Assembly (NCBI GenBank): GCA_041694835.1
Contig: JBGFRZ010000054.1
Span: 1 to 63,083 of the forward strand
Direction: 5' to 3'
Length of the DNA stretch: 63,083 nt
From: Ignavibacteria bacterium
GTDB lineage: Bacteria > Elusimicrobiota > Endomicrobiia > PHAN01
Below the pieces are notes generated by a model. It saw only the letters and a program-made list of their open reading frames with translations. It was not told the DNA's origin and did not search any database. Positions 1-8,507 of the stretch are shown here, piece by piece. Each line of letters starts with the position of its first letter. The stretch's first letter is position 1. A program made the position numbers and the translations under genes.

Positions 1-252
1 TTATTTAGGTGAAATTTCTTTTAGGTTTAATTACAGACATGAGGACATTTTCCGTCGGATTCTTAAACTCTTGAAGACAGTTACATGCTAAATTTTGGTG
101 CTTTTTCATAAGGCATTACCTTATTAAAGAGTGATTATTTCGGCGGAATATGAAGTTCGTCTACCGTCAAGTGCGGGGAGCAAAGTTTTCCAAAAATATT
201 TTTCAGTCGGAACCAACAACTTTCCTAAAAAAATCCGCCGCAAGCGCGTTCT

Positions 253-671
253 ATGAAATACAAAGCGATTATTTTTGATTTCGACGGGACACTCCCGGAC
301 TCTCTGAAAGAACTCGGCGACTCCATGAATGCCGTCCTCGAAAGCTTAAATCTGCGAGTTCATTCGCCCGACTCTTACAAATATTTTGTCGGCGATGGAT
401 TTTTGACATCGTCCTCGGCCTAAAACCTGAACTCAGCAAAAAACCGGAACCGGCGGGCGCCATTTTCATAGCAGAACATCTGAAAATTTCTCCCTAAAGC
501 ATAATTTATCCCGGTGACACGGCGACCGACATGAAAACCGATGTTGTCGCTGGCATGTATCCCGCAGGTGTGCTCTGGGGCTTCAGGGGAAAAGATGAAC
601 TCGTCGCCGGCGGTGCAAAAAAACTGATAAAAAAACCCTCCAAACTTGTAGAAATTTTTTTAAAATCCTGA
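253..671 (+). pseudogene. HAD-superfamily phosphatase (phosphoglycolate-phosphatase-like) remnant, internally deleted and frame-broken
   Basis: The N-terminal piece MKYKAIIFDFDGTLPDSL (DxDGT motif) runs 253-423 to a stop. The C-terminal piece YPGDTATDMKTDVVAGMYPAGVLWGFRG (GDxxxD motif) reads 507-671 in another frame. Roughly half of a normal ~220-aa enzyme is missing, and the track has no intact ORF here. Confidence 0.7.
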
Positions 672-796
672 CACCACCACATGATTTTTGCCTCACCCCG
701 AACTTTTTGGTTTTCTAATTATTTAGTATAATGAGACCACTGACGCTTTGCTAAAACCTCACCACAGAGGCACAGGGAACACGGAGAAAAAACTTT

Positions 797-1004
797 ACCA
801 CGAAAGCACAAAAGTCAGAAATCACGGAAAATCCCCCTCTATCCCCCTTTTGTAAAGGGGGAAGCGAAGCAGGGGGATTTACAGTGACTTGTGCACTTGT
901 GCAGACCAAGATCTGCAACTACAAAACTTGTGCTTTGTTGCAAAAAATTTCTTACACATTTTTTTGTGTCTTTGTGGTAGAAGAACTTTTTCAATAATCT
1001 CATA
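797..1004. repeat. Composite palindromic repeat block, copy A (inverted partner at 59411-59640)
   Basis: The reverse complement of 59411-59640 aligns along the whole length apart from a 23-nt extra segment in the partner. It contains a self-complementary core aatccccctctatcccccttttgtaaagggggaagcgaagcagggggattt. Confidence 0.85.
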
Positions 1005-1132
1005 ATGAGAGTGTTGAAAAACCCGGATTTTGTGTATCAGCACCGTCTTACGGCGCTAATTTATAGATGAGGGCACTGCAAGGCAGTGCTCGTACAAAGA
1101 ACTTTTTCAACGAGCTCATAATAAAAATTCAT

Positions 1133-1936
1133 ATGAATGCCGTATTGTCCGAGATAATAAAACACAAAAAAATCCAGATAGAAGAAAGAAAGAAATCCCG
1201 CCCCGTGAGGCGACTGTTTGATGCCATAGACAACTCTTCGAAGAAAAAGGACTCTTTCTTATCCGCCGTCTCGCGGCGAGAAAGGATAAATGTAATCGCT
1301 GAGATAAAAAAAGCCACACCATCGCTCGGGGTCATAAGGCCTTATCTCGACGTGAAAAAAATAGCCTCCGATTACAAAGAAGGCGGAGCGGCGGCCATCT
1401 CGGTGCTCACGGAGGAAAAATACTTTCATGGTGACATATATCATATTTTGGAAGCGAAAGAATCGACAGAGCTCCCGGTTTTAAGGAAGGATTTCATTAT
1501 CGACGAATATCAGATATACGAATCAAGATACTTCGACGCAGATGCCGTCTTGCTCATAAAGTCGATACTTGGAAAATCGCAGATTTCCAAGATGGCCAAT
1601 CTCGCACAATCGCTGTTCCTAACTCCCTTCGTCGAAGTCCATAGCGAGGAAGAGCTGAAAGAAGTTCTCGAAATTCCTGAAATAAACCTAATAGGGATAA
1701 ATAACAGGAATTTAAACGACTTGAAAGTGAATTTGGGGGTTTCAAGAAAACTTCTGACGGAGATTCCCGCCGAAAAGACGGTTGTGATAGAAAGCGGGAT
1801 AAAGACAAAAAGCGATATAGAAGAATTCATCGAAGCGAGGAAAGGAAGTTCAGTCGCATTCCTGATAGGAACGACATTCATGCAGTGCGCTGACATAAAA
1901 TCGAGGCTCAAGGAGTTCACGAATGACAAAAATTAA
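1133..1936 (+). CDS. trpC: Indole-3-glycerol-phosphate synthase
   Basis: ORF 1067..1936 with TrpC-like motifs (ISVLTEEKYFHG, LRKDFIIDEYQI, LIGINNRNL). Start moved to ATG 1133 (MNAVLSEII) because the upstream codons lie in repeat sequence. Overlaps trpF. Confidence 0.9.
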   Translation: MNAVLSEIIKHKKIQIEERKKSRPVRRLFDAIDNSSKKKDSFLSAVSRRERINVIAEIKKATPSLGVIRPYLDVKKIASDYKEGGAAAISVLTEEKYFHGDIYHILEAKESTELPVLRKDFIIDEYQIYESRYFDADAVLLIKSILGKSQISKMANLAQSLFLTPFVEVHSEEELKEVLEIPEINLIGINNRNLNDLKVNLGVSRKLLTEIPAEKTVVIESGIKTKSDIEEFIEARKGSSVAFLIGTTFMQCADIKSRLKEFTNDKN

Positions 1937-2576
1937 ACTCTGCGGAATCACAAATCCAAAAGATGCTCTGTATGCCGTAGGATTGGGCTACGACTATCTC
2001 GGTTTTATATTTTACAATGAGTCGCCGAGGAATATATCGATTGCATCTGCTCAAAAGATTTGCCAAAATGTCTCGGGACTCATAAAAACCGTAGGGGTGT
2101 TCGTAAACGAAGAGCCAAAGAATATAGAAAAAATCGTAAAAAAATGCGGGCTCAATCTGGTTCAACTTCATGGCGACGAAAGCCCCGATTACTGTGAAAG
2201 TCTGTCGGAGACGCTTTCAAAGTTAAACTGCCAAACAATAAAAGCATTTAGAATAAAAGACAACGTCGAAAGCCTCGCGGGCCACGAAAAGGTGGATTAT
2301 TTCCTTCTAGACACATTTGTCGAAGGTGATGTCGGCGGAACAGGGGAGACTTTTAACTGGGATTTGGCCATCGAGGCCAAAAAATTCAAAAAACCTTTAT
2401 TTCTTTCTGGAGGACTCAACCCCGAAAATGTAGTTGAGGCGATTGAAAAAGTGCAGCCTTTTGCCGTCGACGTTTCAAGCGGAGTCGAGAGGCTTGTCAG
2501 AAGAAAGGACTACGACAAATTGGTTGCTTTCGCAAAGAATACTAGTGTCCTGTCCCGCAAATATCTTTACATTTGA
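1923..2576 (+). CDS. trpF: Phosphoribosylanthranilate isomerase
   Basis: MTKIKLCGITNPKDA, VQLHGDE and LSGGLNPENV are typical of PRAI. The last 11 codons ([11 protein letters not shown]) and the stop lie inside the terminal inverted repeat of the 2542-2819 element. Confidence 0.85.
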   Translation: MTKIKLCGITNPKDALYAVGLGYDYLGFIFYNESPRNISIASAQKICQNVSGLIKTVGVFVNEEPKNIEKIVKKCGLNLVQLHGDESPDYCESLSETLSKLNCQTIKAFRIKDNVESLAGHEKVDYFLLDTFVEGDVGGTGETFNWDLAIEAKKFKKPLFLSGGLNPENVVEAIEKVQPFAVDVSSGVERLVRRKDYDKLVAFAKNTSVLSRKYLYI

Positions 2577-2819
2577 AGGGTAGGATTTGAGACGGATTCA
2601 AGGAACGACGAGTGCGGTGTATCCTCTGCGATACATAAACGAGGAGTGACGCAGAAGCCGTCCAGATAATACCCTTCCCGAAGGGCTGATGTCTTTTGTT
2701 CATCGTCGGCGTTGCTCGTCGCTTACATACCGCAGAGGGTATGCTTCGCTCCTCGCGCCTTGACGCTGAAACAAAATACGAACAGCGAATGTAAAGGTAT
2801 TTGCGGGACAGGACACTAG
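2542..2819 (-). repeat. ~278-bp structured palindromic element, copy 1 (reverse orientation relative to copies 2 and 3)
   Basis: Termini ctagtgtcctgtcccgcaaatatctttacatt (2542-) and aatgtaaaggtatttgcgggacaggacactag (-2819) are reverse complements. The interior aligns, reverse-complemented, with 48645-48920 and 61232-61510. Confidence 0.85.
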
Positions 2820-2857
2820 AAAATTATGACACCAAAATCAGATATCAAAAAAAATAT

Positions 2858-4030
2858 ATGAAAAAATTGAAAGGATATTTCGGCAACTTCGGGGGCAGAT
2901 ATGTCCCGGAAACGCTTATACCATCACTCATAGAAGTTGAAAAAGGGTTTTCGGCGGCGATGAAAAGCGTTGATTTCAGGGAAAAACTTTCATTCTATCT
3001 CAGGAACTATGTTGGCAGACCGACCCCTATTTATTATGCTAAAAACTTGACAAATTACTTTAACTCTGCCCGAATATTCCTTAAAAGAGAGGATATTTGC
3101 CACACCGGCTCTCATAAAATCAATAACACCATCGGACAATCGCTTCTTGCAAAATTTCTCAAGAAAAACAGGGTCATCGCAGAAACGGGAGCGGGACAGC
3201 ACGGCGTAGCAACCGCTACCGCCTGCGCTCTCTTTGGATTAAAATGTGTTGTTTATATGGGTAAAAAAGACGTCGAAAGACAGACATTAAATGTCTATCG
3301 AATGAAACTGCTCGGTGCCGAGGTTATAGCAGTTGAGTCGGGAAGTCAGACGCTCAAAGACGCCATAAACGAGGCGTTGCGAGACTGGACTGCAAATGTC
3401 AAAAATACATTTTATCTGCTTGGCTCAGCCGTTGGCCCTCACCCCTACCCGACACTCGTCAGATACTTTCAGTCGGTTATAGGAAGGGAAGTCAGAGAAC
3501 AATTTCTTACTTTGAATAAAAAACTTCCAGATGTTCTCGTCGCTTGCGTCGGCGGGGGTTCAAATGCTATAGGACTTTTTCATCCTTTCTATAAAGATAA
3601 AAACGTGAAATTCATAGGTATTGAAGCGGCGGGCAAGGGCCTTTCGACAAATATGCACGCGGCTACGCTCCAGAAGGGGCGGGTTGGGATTTTGCACGGC
3701 TTTAAGTCGTATCTTCTTCAGGACAGATGCGGGCAAGTGATGGAGACGCACTCCATATCAGCCGGGCTTGATTATCCCGGCGTCGGTCCCGAGCACGCAT
3801 TTTATAAGGAAATCGGAAGGGCGAAGTATTATGGCGCGACGGATAAAGAGGCTATTGAGGGCTTCAAACTTCTTTCGCTTAAGGAAGGTATAATACCGGC
3901 TCTTGAGCCAAGTCACGCCATTGGATATCTGAAAAAAATAATGCCCGGGCTAAAAAAGACTCAGAGTGTTATAGTGTGTCTTTCAGGACGCGGCGACAAA
4001 GACCTTGACATAATCACAAGTGTCCGCTAA
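2858..4030 (+). CDS. trpB: Tryptophan synthase beta chain
   Basis: [29 protein letters not shown] (PLP lysine) and GGGSNAIG. Start set at ATG 2858, because the track ORF start at 2801 lies in the element arm. Confidence 0.95.
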   Translation: MKKLKGYFGNFGGRYVPETLIPSLIEVEKGFSAAMKSVDFREKLSFYLRNYVGRPTPIYYAKNLTNYFNSARIFLKREDICHTGSHKINNTIGQSLLAKFLKKNRVIAETGAGQHGVATATACALFGLKCVVYMGKKDVERQTLNVYRMKLLGAEVIAVESGSQTLKDAINEALRDWTANVKNTFYLLGSAVGPHPYPTLVRYFQSVIGREVREQFLTLNKKLPDVLVACVGGGSNAIGLFHPFYKDKNVKFIGIEAAGKGLSTNMHAATLQKGRVGILHGFKSYLLQDRCGQVMETHSISAGLDYPGVGPEHAFYKEIGRAKYYGATDKEAIEGFKLLSLKEGIIPALEPSHAIGYLKKIMPGLKKTQSVIVCLSGRGDKDLDIITSVR

Positions 4031-4116
4031 AAATATAACAAGGAATTTTGTGTAATTCGTATAATTCGGATCCACTGAAAAAGCCATGCAACCACAGATT
4101 GACACTGTCTTTAGGT

Positions 4117-4306
4117 GAACACAGATGAACTATAGAATACACGGAGAAATAATTTGACAGGATTTACAGGATTAAAAAAATTAGATTATAACCACGAAGG
4201 CACGAAAGCACAAAAAAAAGACTTATAAAAATTTTCGCGTTTTCGTGGTAAAAAAAATTAGACTATAACCACAGGCGAACACAGATGAACTATAGAATAC
4301 ACGGAG
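4117..4306. repeat. ~160-bp tandem duplication within the word-repeat spacer
   Basis: gaacacagatgaactatagaatacacggag occurs at 4117-4146 and 4277-4306. aaaaaaattaga(t/c)tataaccac occurs at about 4175 and about 4253. An internal hairpin is ccacgaaggcacgaaagcac ... gcgttttcgtgg. Confidence 0.8.
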
Positions 4307-4414
4307 CGCCGAGAGAGATTAGAGCATTAGTGAATTAGTAAATCAGCATATTTCCGTGTGTTTCCGTGACTAATGACTTTTAGCAAAGCGTCAATAATCT
4401 AATGATTGCAAATT

Positions 4415-5167
4415 ATGGATAAAAAACTTGTAGTTTACTTGACTGCTGGTTATCCCGATATCTCAACTACGGAAAAACTCATTGCCATTGTTGAAAAAGC
4501 CGGCGCCGACATAATAGAACTTGGTGTTCCGTTTTCTGACCCGGTCGCCGATGGTAAGTCAATTCAGTATTCGTCTGAAATGTCGTTGAGAAAAAAGACA
4601 AATCTCGGAGATGTTCTCAAACTTACAGAAAAAATCAGAAGAAGAATAAAAATTCCGTTCTATATAATGAGTTATATCAATCCGATATATCGTTATGGAG
4701 TATCAAGATTTGCTCAAAAATGCATCAAGGCGGGAATCAAAGGTGTGATAATTCCGGATATGCCATACGATTCGTCGGAAATAATAAAAGATTGTTTCGA
4801 AAATCTCGACATCGTTTATATGGCATCCTCAAATACACCCGAAAAACGACTTGAAAAAATTTTTTCTAAAAGCGGAGGATTTGTCTATGTCGTCTCGGTA
4901 TTGGGAGTAACGGGAGTGCGGAGGATGTTTTCGAAAGAGACATTTGATTTTATCGGAAAACTAAAAAAATATAGAAGTGTTCCAAAATATCTGGGTTTCG
5001 GCATATCATCGCCTCGTCAGATAGCAAAAATAAAAAGTTACGTTGACGGAGTGATAATAGGTTCCGCGATAGTTGAAATTCTAAGGAAAAATAAGAAAAA
5101 AACCGCTTTCAAAAAGATAGAAAAATTAGTGAAAGACTGTAAAAAAGCCATTCTCCGGGAGGATTAA
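4415..5167 (+). CDS. trpA: Tryptophan synthase alpha chain
   Basis: YLTAGYPD and ELGVPFSDPVADG are TrpA motifs. ATG 4415 is preferred over TTG 4406. Confidence 0.9.
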   Translation: MDKKLVVYLTAGYPDISTTEKLIAIVEKAGADIIELGVPFSDPVADGKSIQYSSEMSLRKKTNLGDVLKLTEKIRRRIKIPFYIMSYINPIYRYGVSRFAQKCIKAGIKGVIIPDMPYDSSEIIKDCFENLDIVYMASSNTPEKRLEKIFSKSGGFVYVVSVLGVTGVRRMFSKETFDFIGKLKKYRSVPKYLGFGISSPRQIAKIKSYVDGVIIGSAIVEILRKNKKKTAFKKIEKLVKDCKKAILRED

Positions 5168-5168
5168 A

Positions 5169-5963
5169 ATGACTGAGATGCATTCTACAGAACAAATATG
5201 GAAAAAATGTTCCAAATGCGAGCAGATAATCTACGAGAAAGAACTGAAGGAAAATCTATGGATATGTCCTAAGTGCAAGAGTCCTTTCAGATTGGCGGTT
5301 AAAGAAAGACTTAAAATGCTTGTCGACGATAAAAGCTTCGAGGAGATGGCTACAAATATCGCTTCGCTCGACCCTCTCGGATTCCCCGGCTATTCCGAAA
5401 AACTTAAGAAACAAACTTCAAAAAACAGGGATGCGATCGCTGTAGGGACGGCATCGATAGGCGGCCATAAAGTCGTTCTTGCCATAATGGAGTTCGACTT
5501 CATGGGCGGGAGTATGGGCTCCGTAGTCGGGGAAAAAATTACCAACGCCATAGAACGAGCGATTAAAGAAAGGAAGCCGCTGATAATAATTTCGTCTTCC
5601 GGAGGCGCAAGGATGCAGGAAGGTATACTTTCGCTGATGCAGATGGCTAAAACATCTGCCGCCCTTTCAAGACTCGATGTCGAGAGAATCCCCTACATAT
5701 CAATTTTGACCGATCCCACCACAGGCGGGGTCAGCGCCTCATATGCCATGCTCGGTGATATAAATTTGGCAGAGGAAGGCGCTTTGATAGGTTTTGCCGG
5801 CCCCAGAGTTATAGAAGAGACGATAAAGCAAAAACTCCCGGATGGCTTTCAGCGTTCCCGATTTTTGCTTGAGCACGGAATTGTCGACATCGTCGCCGAA
5901 AGGAAGGAACTCAAAAACACTATCAAAAGACTTCTTGATGTCCTCCTTAAAAACAGGAAATAA
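5169..5963 (+). CDS. accD: Acetyl-CoA carboxylase carboxyltransferase beta subunit
   Basis: N-terminal Zn ribbon CSKCEQ...CPKC followed by FMGGSMGSVVGEK and the carboxyltransferase domain. Confidence 0.9.
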   Translation: MTEMHSTEQIWKKCSKCEQIIYEKELKENLWICPKCKSPFRLAVKERLKMLVDDKSFEEMATNIASLDPLGFPGYSEKLKKQTSKNRDAIAVGTASIGGHKVVLAIMEFDFMGGSMGSVVGEKITNAIERAIKERKPLIIISSSGGARMQEGILSLMQMAKTSAALSRLDVERIPYISILTDPTTGGVSASYAMLGDINLAEEGALIGFAGPRVIEETIKQKLPDGFQRSRFLLEHGIVDIVAERKELKNTIKRLLDVLLKNRK

Positions 5964-5972
5964 AATCGCATA

Positions 5973-7235
5973 ATGACCCTCTCCGAATTGTCTAAAGAGG
6001 AATACGTTCACATAAAACCCGGAATCGAAAGAATAAAAAATTTTTTAGAGTCCGTAAATATAAATCCTAATACCCTGCCCATTGTGCATATAGCCGGCAC
6101 AAACGCCAAAGGAAGCGTTGCGTCTTTTCTCGGCGGCATTTTCATAAAATCAAAACTTAAAACCGGCCTTTACACCTCGCCCCATCTTTTAAAAATTAAT
6201 GAGAGAATAAAGATAAATGATTCGGAAATCAATGAGAGAAACCTCCGCAATTACTACATGAAGTACTATAAAAAATTCAAAAGCCTCGGGCTTACTTTTT
6301 TTGAAGTCATGACCGCTGTCGCCGTGATACACTTTCTCGAAGAAGGTGTCGAAGTTGCGGTTATGGAGGTGGGAGTCGGCGGGACATTCGACGCCACAAA
6401 CGTCTGTCAAAACAAGCTCGTTTCTATAATAACGACAGTCGATTACGACCACACTGATTTATTTGGGAAAAACATATTCGGCATACTGAGAGAGGACATT
6501 GGAATCATAAAAGCGGGCGCCCCCGTCGTTATAGGCAAAATGAGAGAATCGCTTAAAAAACGCATAAGAGCCTCCGCATCGAAAAAATCATCCAAGGTAT
6601 ATGAACTCGACAGGGATTTCTCGGGCGTCTTTTCGAGTGCCGACTGGAAAAACTCTATTCAGAAATTCGACTTCAAAAATCCGGATGTGAAAATGCCCGG
6701 CCTGAAAATAAAACTTATGGGCACTCATCAGACGGACAACGCCGCGATATCGGTTCAGGCGGCTCTTTTATGCAAAAAAAAATATCCGAAAATAAACACC
6801 GATGCCGTTTACAAAGGACTTTTGTCGGCGACCTGGCCGGGAAGATTTGAAGTTAAAAAATACATGGGCAACGCTGTTATAATCGACGGGGCGCATAACC
6901 CACAAGCGGCAAAAACTTTCGTCGACGAGTATCTGCGTTCGCCCTTCAAAAAAAATAAAGCAAGAGTCATTTTCAGCGCGTTAAGGGAAAAGGATTATAG
7001 AAACATAATAAAGGAAGTTGCAAAAATATCCGAAAGGATTTATTTGTTTAAATTGAAGACGGAAAGGATGGCCGACATTCAAGGATTAAAGACGGAGTTT
7101 TCAAAATATATCCCGAGCAGGAAAATAGCGGTTGTAAGCGATCTTAGGAAAACACTCGCCACAAGAGGCGACAGCCCTTTTGTCTTTACGGGTTCACTGT
7201 ATCTTGCGGCAGAGGCCATAAATATCGTGGAATGA
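5973..7235 (+). CDS. folC: Folylpolyglutamate synthase / dihydrofolate synthase
   Basis: Mur-ligase P-loop HIAGTNAKGSV, DGAHNPQA, and the accD-folC adjacency. Confidence 0.85.
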   Translation: MTLSELSKEEYVHIKPGIERIKNFLESVNINPNTLPIVHIAGTNAKGSVASFLGGIFIKSKLKTGLYTSPHLLKINERIKINDSEINERNLRNYYMKYYKKFKSLGLTFFEVMTAVAVIHFLEEGVEVAVMEVGVGGTFDATNVCQNKLVSIITTVDYDHTDLFGKNIFGILREDIGIIKAGAPVVIGKMRESLKKRIRASASKKSSKVYELDRDFSGVFSSADWKNSIQKFDFKNPDVKMPGLKIKLMGTHQTDNAAISVQAALLCKKKYPKINTDAVYKGLLSATWPGRFEVKKYMGNAVIIDGAHNPQAAKTFVDEYLRSPFKKNKARVIFSALREKDYRNIIKEVAKISERIYLFKLKTERMADIQGLKTEFSKYIPSRKIAVVSDLRKTLATRGDSPFVFTGSLYLAAEAINIVE

Positions 7236-7373
7236 TAAAACATCGCCGTTGAAAAATTGGACGGATAAAAATTAAAATCCGTGCAAATCCGTCTCCTCGT
7301 CGGTTTTAATGTAGCCTCCCCGATTTATTGGGAGGGGAATCCGAAGGATTTCATAGGAGATGATATATTAAAT

Positions 7374-7571
7374 GGAACGCGGATAAACGCAGATTTGACA
7401 AGATTGACGCAGATGTTTTTGAAATCTATTGAATCCCGATGGTTATCGGGACAAGTTCCACGAAAATCTGCGTCCTAAAATTCATTGGGAACATTTCTAA
7501 TAGGACGCAGATGAACGCAGAAAAAACAGGATTTAAGAATTATCTGCGACAATCTGCGAAAATCTGCGTCC
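7374..7571. repeat. Two consecutive acgcaga-word hairpins
   Basis: ggaacgcggataaacgcagat...aaaatctgcgtcc, then ggacgcagatgaacgcagaaaa...atctgcgacaatctgcgaaaatctgcgtcc. Segment 7463-7548 is nearly identical to 19000-19084. Confidence 0.85.
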
Positions 7572-7595
7572 TAAAATAATCATAGGAGCAATAAT

Positions 7596-8507
7596 ATGCT
7601 GGTTTTGGGTATAGACATAGGTGGGACTGATGTTAAATACGCCGCAGTCGATAAAAATGGAAATGTAAGCAACTTTTCAAAGTTTGGGTTCAAAAAAGAC
7701 GCCGACAAATTAATCTCTCTCATATACGAAAAAACAAAAAGGTTCAACTTTTCAAAAATAGGCGTTGCCATAGCCGGGGATGTTGACAGCACAAAAGGGA
7801 TCGTCAGATTCAGTCCTAATCTGAACTGGAAAAACTTGAATATCAAAAAAAAATTGTCTGATGTTTTCGGTAAACCCTCGAACATCGAAAACGACGCAAA
7901 CGCCGCAGCTTATGGTTCGTATGTTTTAGATTTCAAAAAAAAATACGGAAATATCGTCTGCATAACGATCGGTACCGGCGTCGGCGGGGGGTTAATCATA
8001 GATGGCAAACTCTACCGCGGAAGCACGGGCAGTGCGGGGGAGCTCGGCCACCAGACATACATGCCTCAAGGAAGAAATTGCCCCTGTGGAAACTTAGGCT
8101 GTTTCGAAAGGTATTTGGGCGCGCCCGGAATAATAAAGACGGCCGAAGAAAAGATAAAAAAAATAAAAACAAAGACAAACATGCTTTCGACTGACAAAAA
8201 TTTCAACACACCTGAGATGATAACGATGGCCGCAAAAAACGGTGACAAACTCGCCATTGAGATATGGGACGATGTCGGCAAAATTCTCGGAACACTTCTG
8301 TCCAACGCAATCAATTCGTTAAATCCTGATGCAATCGTTTTGGCTGGCGGTATTTCAAAGGCCGGTGATTTTTTACTTAAACCCGCCGTCAAAGAAATGA
8401 AAGAAAGAGCTTTCAAATACCCGTCTTCAAGGACCAAAATAATAATATCCGGGCACCAGGAACATCTTGGCGTGGCGGGGGCGGCGATGCTATCAATGAA
8501 CAAATGA
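7596..8507 (+). CDS. ROK-family glucokinase
   Basis: LGIDIGGTDVKYAAVD (ATP-binding) and the CPCGNLGCFERY ROK zinc motif. Confidence 0.8.
   Translation: MLVLGIDIGGTDVKYAAVDKNGNVSNFSKFGFKKDADKLISLIYEKTKRFNFSKIGVAIAGDVDSTKGIVRFSPNLNWKNLNIKKKLSDVFGKPSNIENDANAAAYGSYVLDFKKKYGNIVCITIGTGVGGGLIIDGKLYRGSTGSAGELGHQTYMPQGRNCPCGNLGCFERYLGAPGIIKTAEEKIKKIKTKTNMLSTDKNFNTPEMITMAAKNGDKLAIEIWDDVGKILGTLLSNAINSLNPDAIVLAGGISKAGDFLLKPAVKEMKERAFKYPSSRTKIIISGHQEHLGVAGAAMLSMNK

Noticed and set aside
1-252. A short minus-strand ORF (about 34 codons, about 109 to about 5) and an unassigned 250 nt at the window start.
   Set aside because: It is too short, has no recognisable motif and sits at the window edge.
7281-7478. 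Track ORFs lying in repeat DNA: 7281..7478, 12741..12923, 22481..22726, 48680..48898, 48769..49155, 59412..59615, 59435..59656, 61212..61424, 61481..61702 and 47195..47419.
   Set aside because: - They are translations of hairpin repeats or tRNA complements.
- Copies of the same repeat do not conserve the reading frame.
- They are low-complexity with no start context.
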